This document shows positions 22,882 through 24,000 of a stretch of 24,000 nt of DNA, piece by piece (within the stretch, counting starts at the first letter, position 1; each line of letters starts with the position of its first letter). The notes beneath the pieces are model-generated. The model saw only the letters and a list, made by a program, of their open reading frames with translations. It was not told the origin of the DNA and ran no database searches. The stretch is from Senegalia massiliensis (GTDB taxonomy: Bacteria; Bacillota; Clostridia; Tissierellales; SIT17): contig NZ_QXXA01000010.1 in the NCBI RefSeq assembly GCF_009911265.1, positions 6,374-30,373 of the forward strand, given 5' to 3'. Both the position numbers and the translations under genes were made by a program.

Positions 22882-23990
22882 TGAAGATTTTAGTCACTGG
22901 GGCAAAGGGCTTCATAGGAAAAAACTTAATAGCGGAACTGAGAAATAGAAAGTACGATGATATTTTAGAGTATGACAGAGATACAGATTCTTCTTTACTT
23001 GATGGGTTCTGTAAAGAATCTGACTTTGTATTTCATCTTGCAGGAGTAAATCGACCAAAAGAACAATCTGAATTTATGGAGGGTAACTTTGGGTTTACCT
23101 CAGATCTATTAAATTCGCTCAAGAAACATAATAACACCTGCCCGGTGATGATTTCATCTTCCATTCAAGCTGAGCTAGACAATCCTTATGGTGAAAGTAA
23201 GAAGGCAGGAGAAGATCTTCTGTTTTCTTATGGAGAAGAAATAGGAGCCAACGTTCTTGTTTACAGATTTCCAAATGTGTTTGGTAAATGGTGTAGGCCT
23301 AATTATAACAGTGCAGTAGCTACTTTCTGTCATAATGTTGCTCATGATTTGCCTATTCAAGTGAATGATCCAAGCGTAGTAATGAATCTTGTTTATATAG
23401 ATGATGTCGTTAATGAGCTGATTAATTCGCTAGAGGGAAAAGAAAACAAAATAGGTTCATTTTGTGAAGTTCCTGTAGTACATACTATAACACTTGGTGA
23501 AATAGTAGATTTGATTGATACATTCAAGAAGAGTCGAGAAGATAGGTCAGTGCCGAATATGTGGGATGCATTTACAAAGAAGCTCTACAGTACATATCTA
23601 AGCTACTTGCCAGAAGACCAGTTTAGTTATGACTTAAAGATGAATGTGGATCAGAGAGGCTCATTTACTGAATTTATAAAAACGCCTGATCGCGGCCAGG
23701 TTTCAGTTAATGTCTCAAAACCTGGAATTACGAAAGGTAATCACTGGCATCACACGAAGAATGAGAAGTTCTTAGTTGTAAGTGGTACGGGTGTTATCAG
23801 GTTTAGAAAAATAGATTCAGATGAAGTGATAGAGTATTTCGTAAGTGGTGAAAAAATGGAAGTTGTTGATATACCAACAGGCTACACACATAATATAGAA
23901 AATCTTGGTGATACAGATATGGTTACGATAATGTGGGCCAATGAGCTATTTGACCCTGAAATGCCTGATACTTATTATTTGGAGGTATAA
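22881..23990 (+). CDS. fnlB: UDP-2-acetamido-2,6-dideoxy-hexulose epimerase/reductase with C-terminal cupin domain (FnlB/CapF/WbjC)
   Basis: TAATG stop-start overlap with fnlA. N-terminal ILVTGAKGFIGKNL. Long conserved blocks shared with S. aureus CapF as I recall it (NPYGESK, FGKWCRPNYNS, MNVDQRGSFTEFIKTPDRGQVSVNVSKPGITKGNHWHHTKNEKFLVVSG, IPTGYTHNIENLGDTDMVTIMW). Confidence 0.93.
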   Translation: MKILVTGAKGFIGKNLIAELRNRKYDDILEYDRDTDSSLLDGFCKESDFVFHLAGVNRPKEQSEFMEGNFGFTSDLLNSLKKHNNTCPVMISSSIQAELDNPYGESKKAGEDLLFSYGEEIGANVLVYRFPNVFGKWCRPNYNSAVATFCHNVAHDLPIQVNDPSVVMNLVYIDDVVNELINSLEGKENKIGSFCEVPVVHTITLGEIVDLIDTFKKSREDRSVPNMWDAFTKKLYSTYLSYLPEDQFSYDLKMNVDQRGSFTEFIKTPDRGQVSVNVSKPGITKGNHWHHTKNEKFLVVSGTGVIRFRKIDSDEVIEYFVSGEKMEVVDIPTGYTHNIENLGDTDMVTIMWANELFDPEMPDTYYLEV

Positions 23991-24000
23991 CTGATGAAAA

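Noticed and set aside
1170-23360. Minus-strand ORFs in the supplied track: 1170-1376, 7918-8253, 8870-9070, 11722-11916, 15831-16028, 16503-16688, 16739-16924, 17493-17729, 19062-19247, 19266-19679, 19975-20160, 19991-20242, 20814-21125, 23175-23360.
   Set aside because: Each lies antisense to a + strand gene with strong family motifs and an RBS. Their translations are low-complexity I/L/F/S/N-rich strings typical of antisense frames in AT-rich DNA. None has a recognisable motif or a convincing RBS.
23995-24000. ATG at 23995, 4 nt after fnlB, probably the start of the third UDP-L-FucNAc gene (FnlC/CapG 2-epimerase).
   Set aside because: Only 6 nt lie inside the window, so no protein evidence is available. 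The identity is expected only from the known fnlABC/capEFG gene order.
1-24000. Search by eye for defence systems, toxin-antitoxin pairs, CRISPR repeats, IS elements, integrases, tRNA/rRNA genes and riboswitch-like leaders.
   Set aside because: Every ORF over 100 aa is accounted for by glycan-biosynthesis, PTS or amidase families. No nuclease, helicase or ATPase signatures, no regularly spaced direct repeats and no cloverleaf-like sequences were seen. Small-RNA or riboswitch content of the two long intergenic regions cannot be excluded without covariance-model searches.

Overview
All supported genes in this 24-kb window are on the + strand. They are tightly packed, with GGAGG-type ribosome-binding sites and several ATGA/TAATG stop-start overlaps. 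Composition and codon usage (AGA Arg, ATA Ile, AAA Lys) resemble a low-GC Gram-positive anaerobe (Clostridia-like), but the taxon cannot be fixed from sequence alone. There are three blocks. (A) 1-8.8 kb is the distal part of a cell-surface glycan locus: a Wzx/TuaB-type flippase, an ATP-grasp-HAD fusion enzyme, a polysaccharide pyruvyl transferase, a DegT-type sugar aminotransferase, RmlA and RmlB (no RmlC/D). A terminator follows, then a separately transcribed UDP-glucose 6-dehydrogenase. (B) 8.9-17.8 kb is a PTS operon: a LicR/MtlR-class PRD regulator, a stand-alone EIIA (Mtl/Fru type), an RDD membrane protein, and EIIB and EIIC (Lac/Cel family). These are followed by a short GrdB-N-terminal-domain protein, a 36-bp perfect palindrome, an M20 dipeptidase, a signal-peptide-less glycosylasparaginase-like Ntn hydrolase, EIIA (Lac type) and CutC. 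A separately promoted Cys-motif membrane protein ends the block. (C) 18.2-24 kb is the head of a second glycan locus: an EpsN/PglE-like aminotransferase, an EpsL/PglC-like initiating phosphoglycosyl transferase, an EpsM/PglD-like acetyltransferase, a GT4 glycosyltransferase, and FnlA/CapE and FnlB/CapF (UDP-L-FucNAc pathway). Its GC content is visibly higher and mosaic. No tRNA/rRNA, CRISPR array, transposase, integrase or recognisable defence genes were seen. The best candidates for undescribed biology are two. The first is the glycosidase-less PTS operon, which pairs a cytoplasmic glycosylasparaginase with a dipeptidase and may be a glyco-asparagine/glycopeptide salvage route. The second is the ATP-grasp-HAD fusion next to ugd and a 4-amino-sugar branch, which may be an amide-forming glycan tailoring step. 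All functional calls rest on motif recognition by eye and need HMM/BLAST confirmation.
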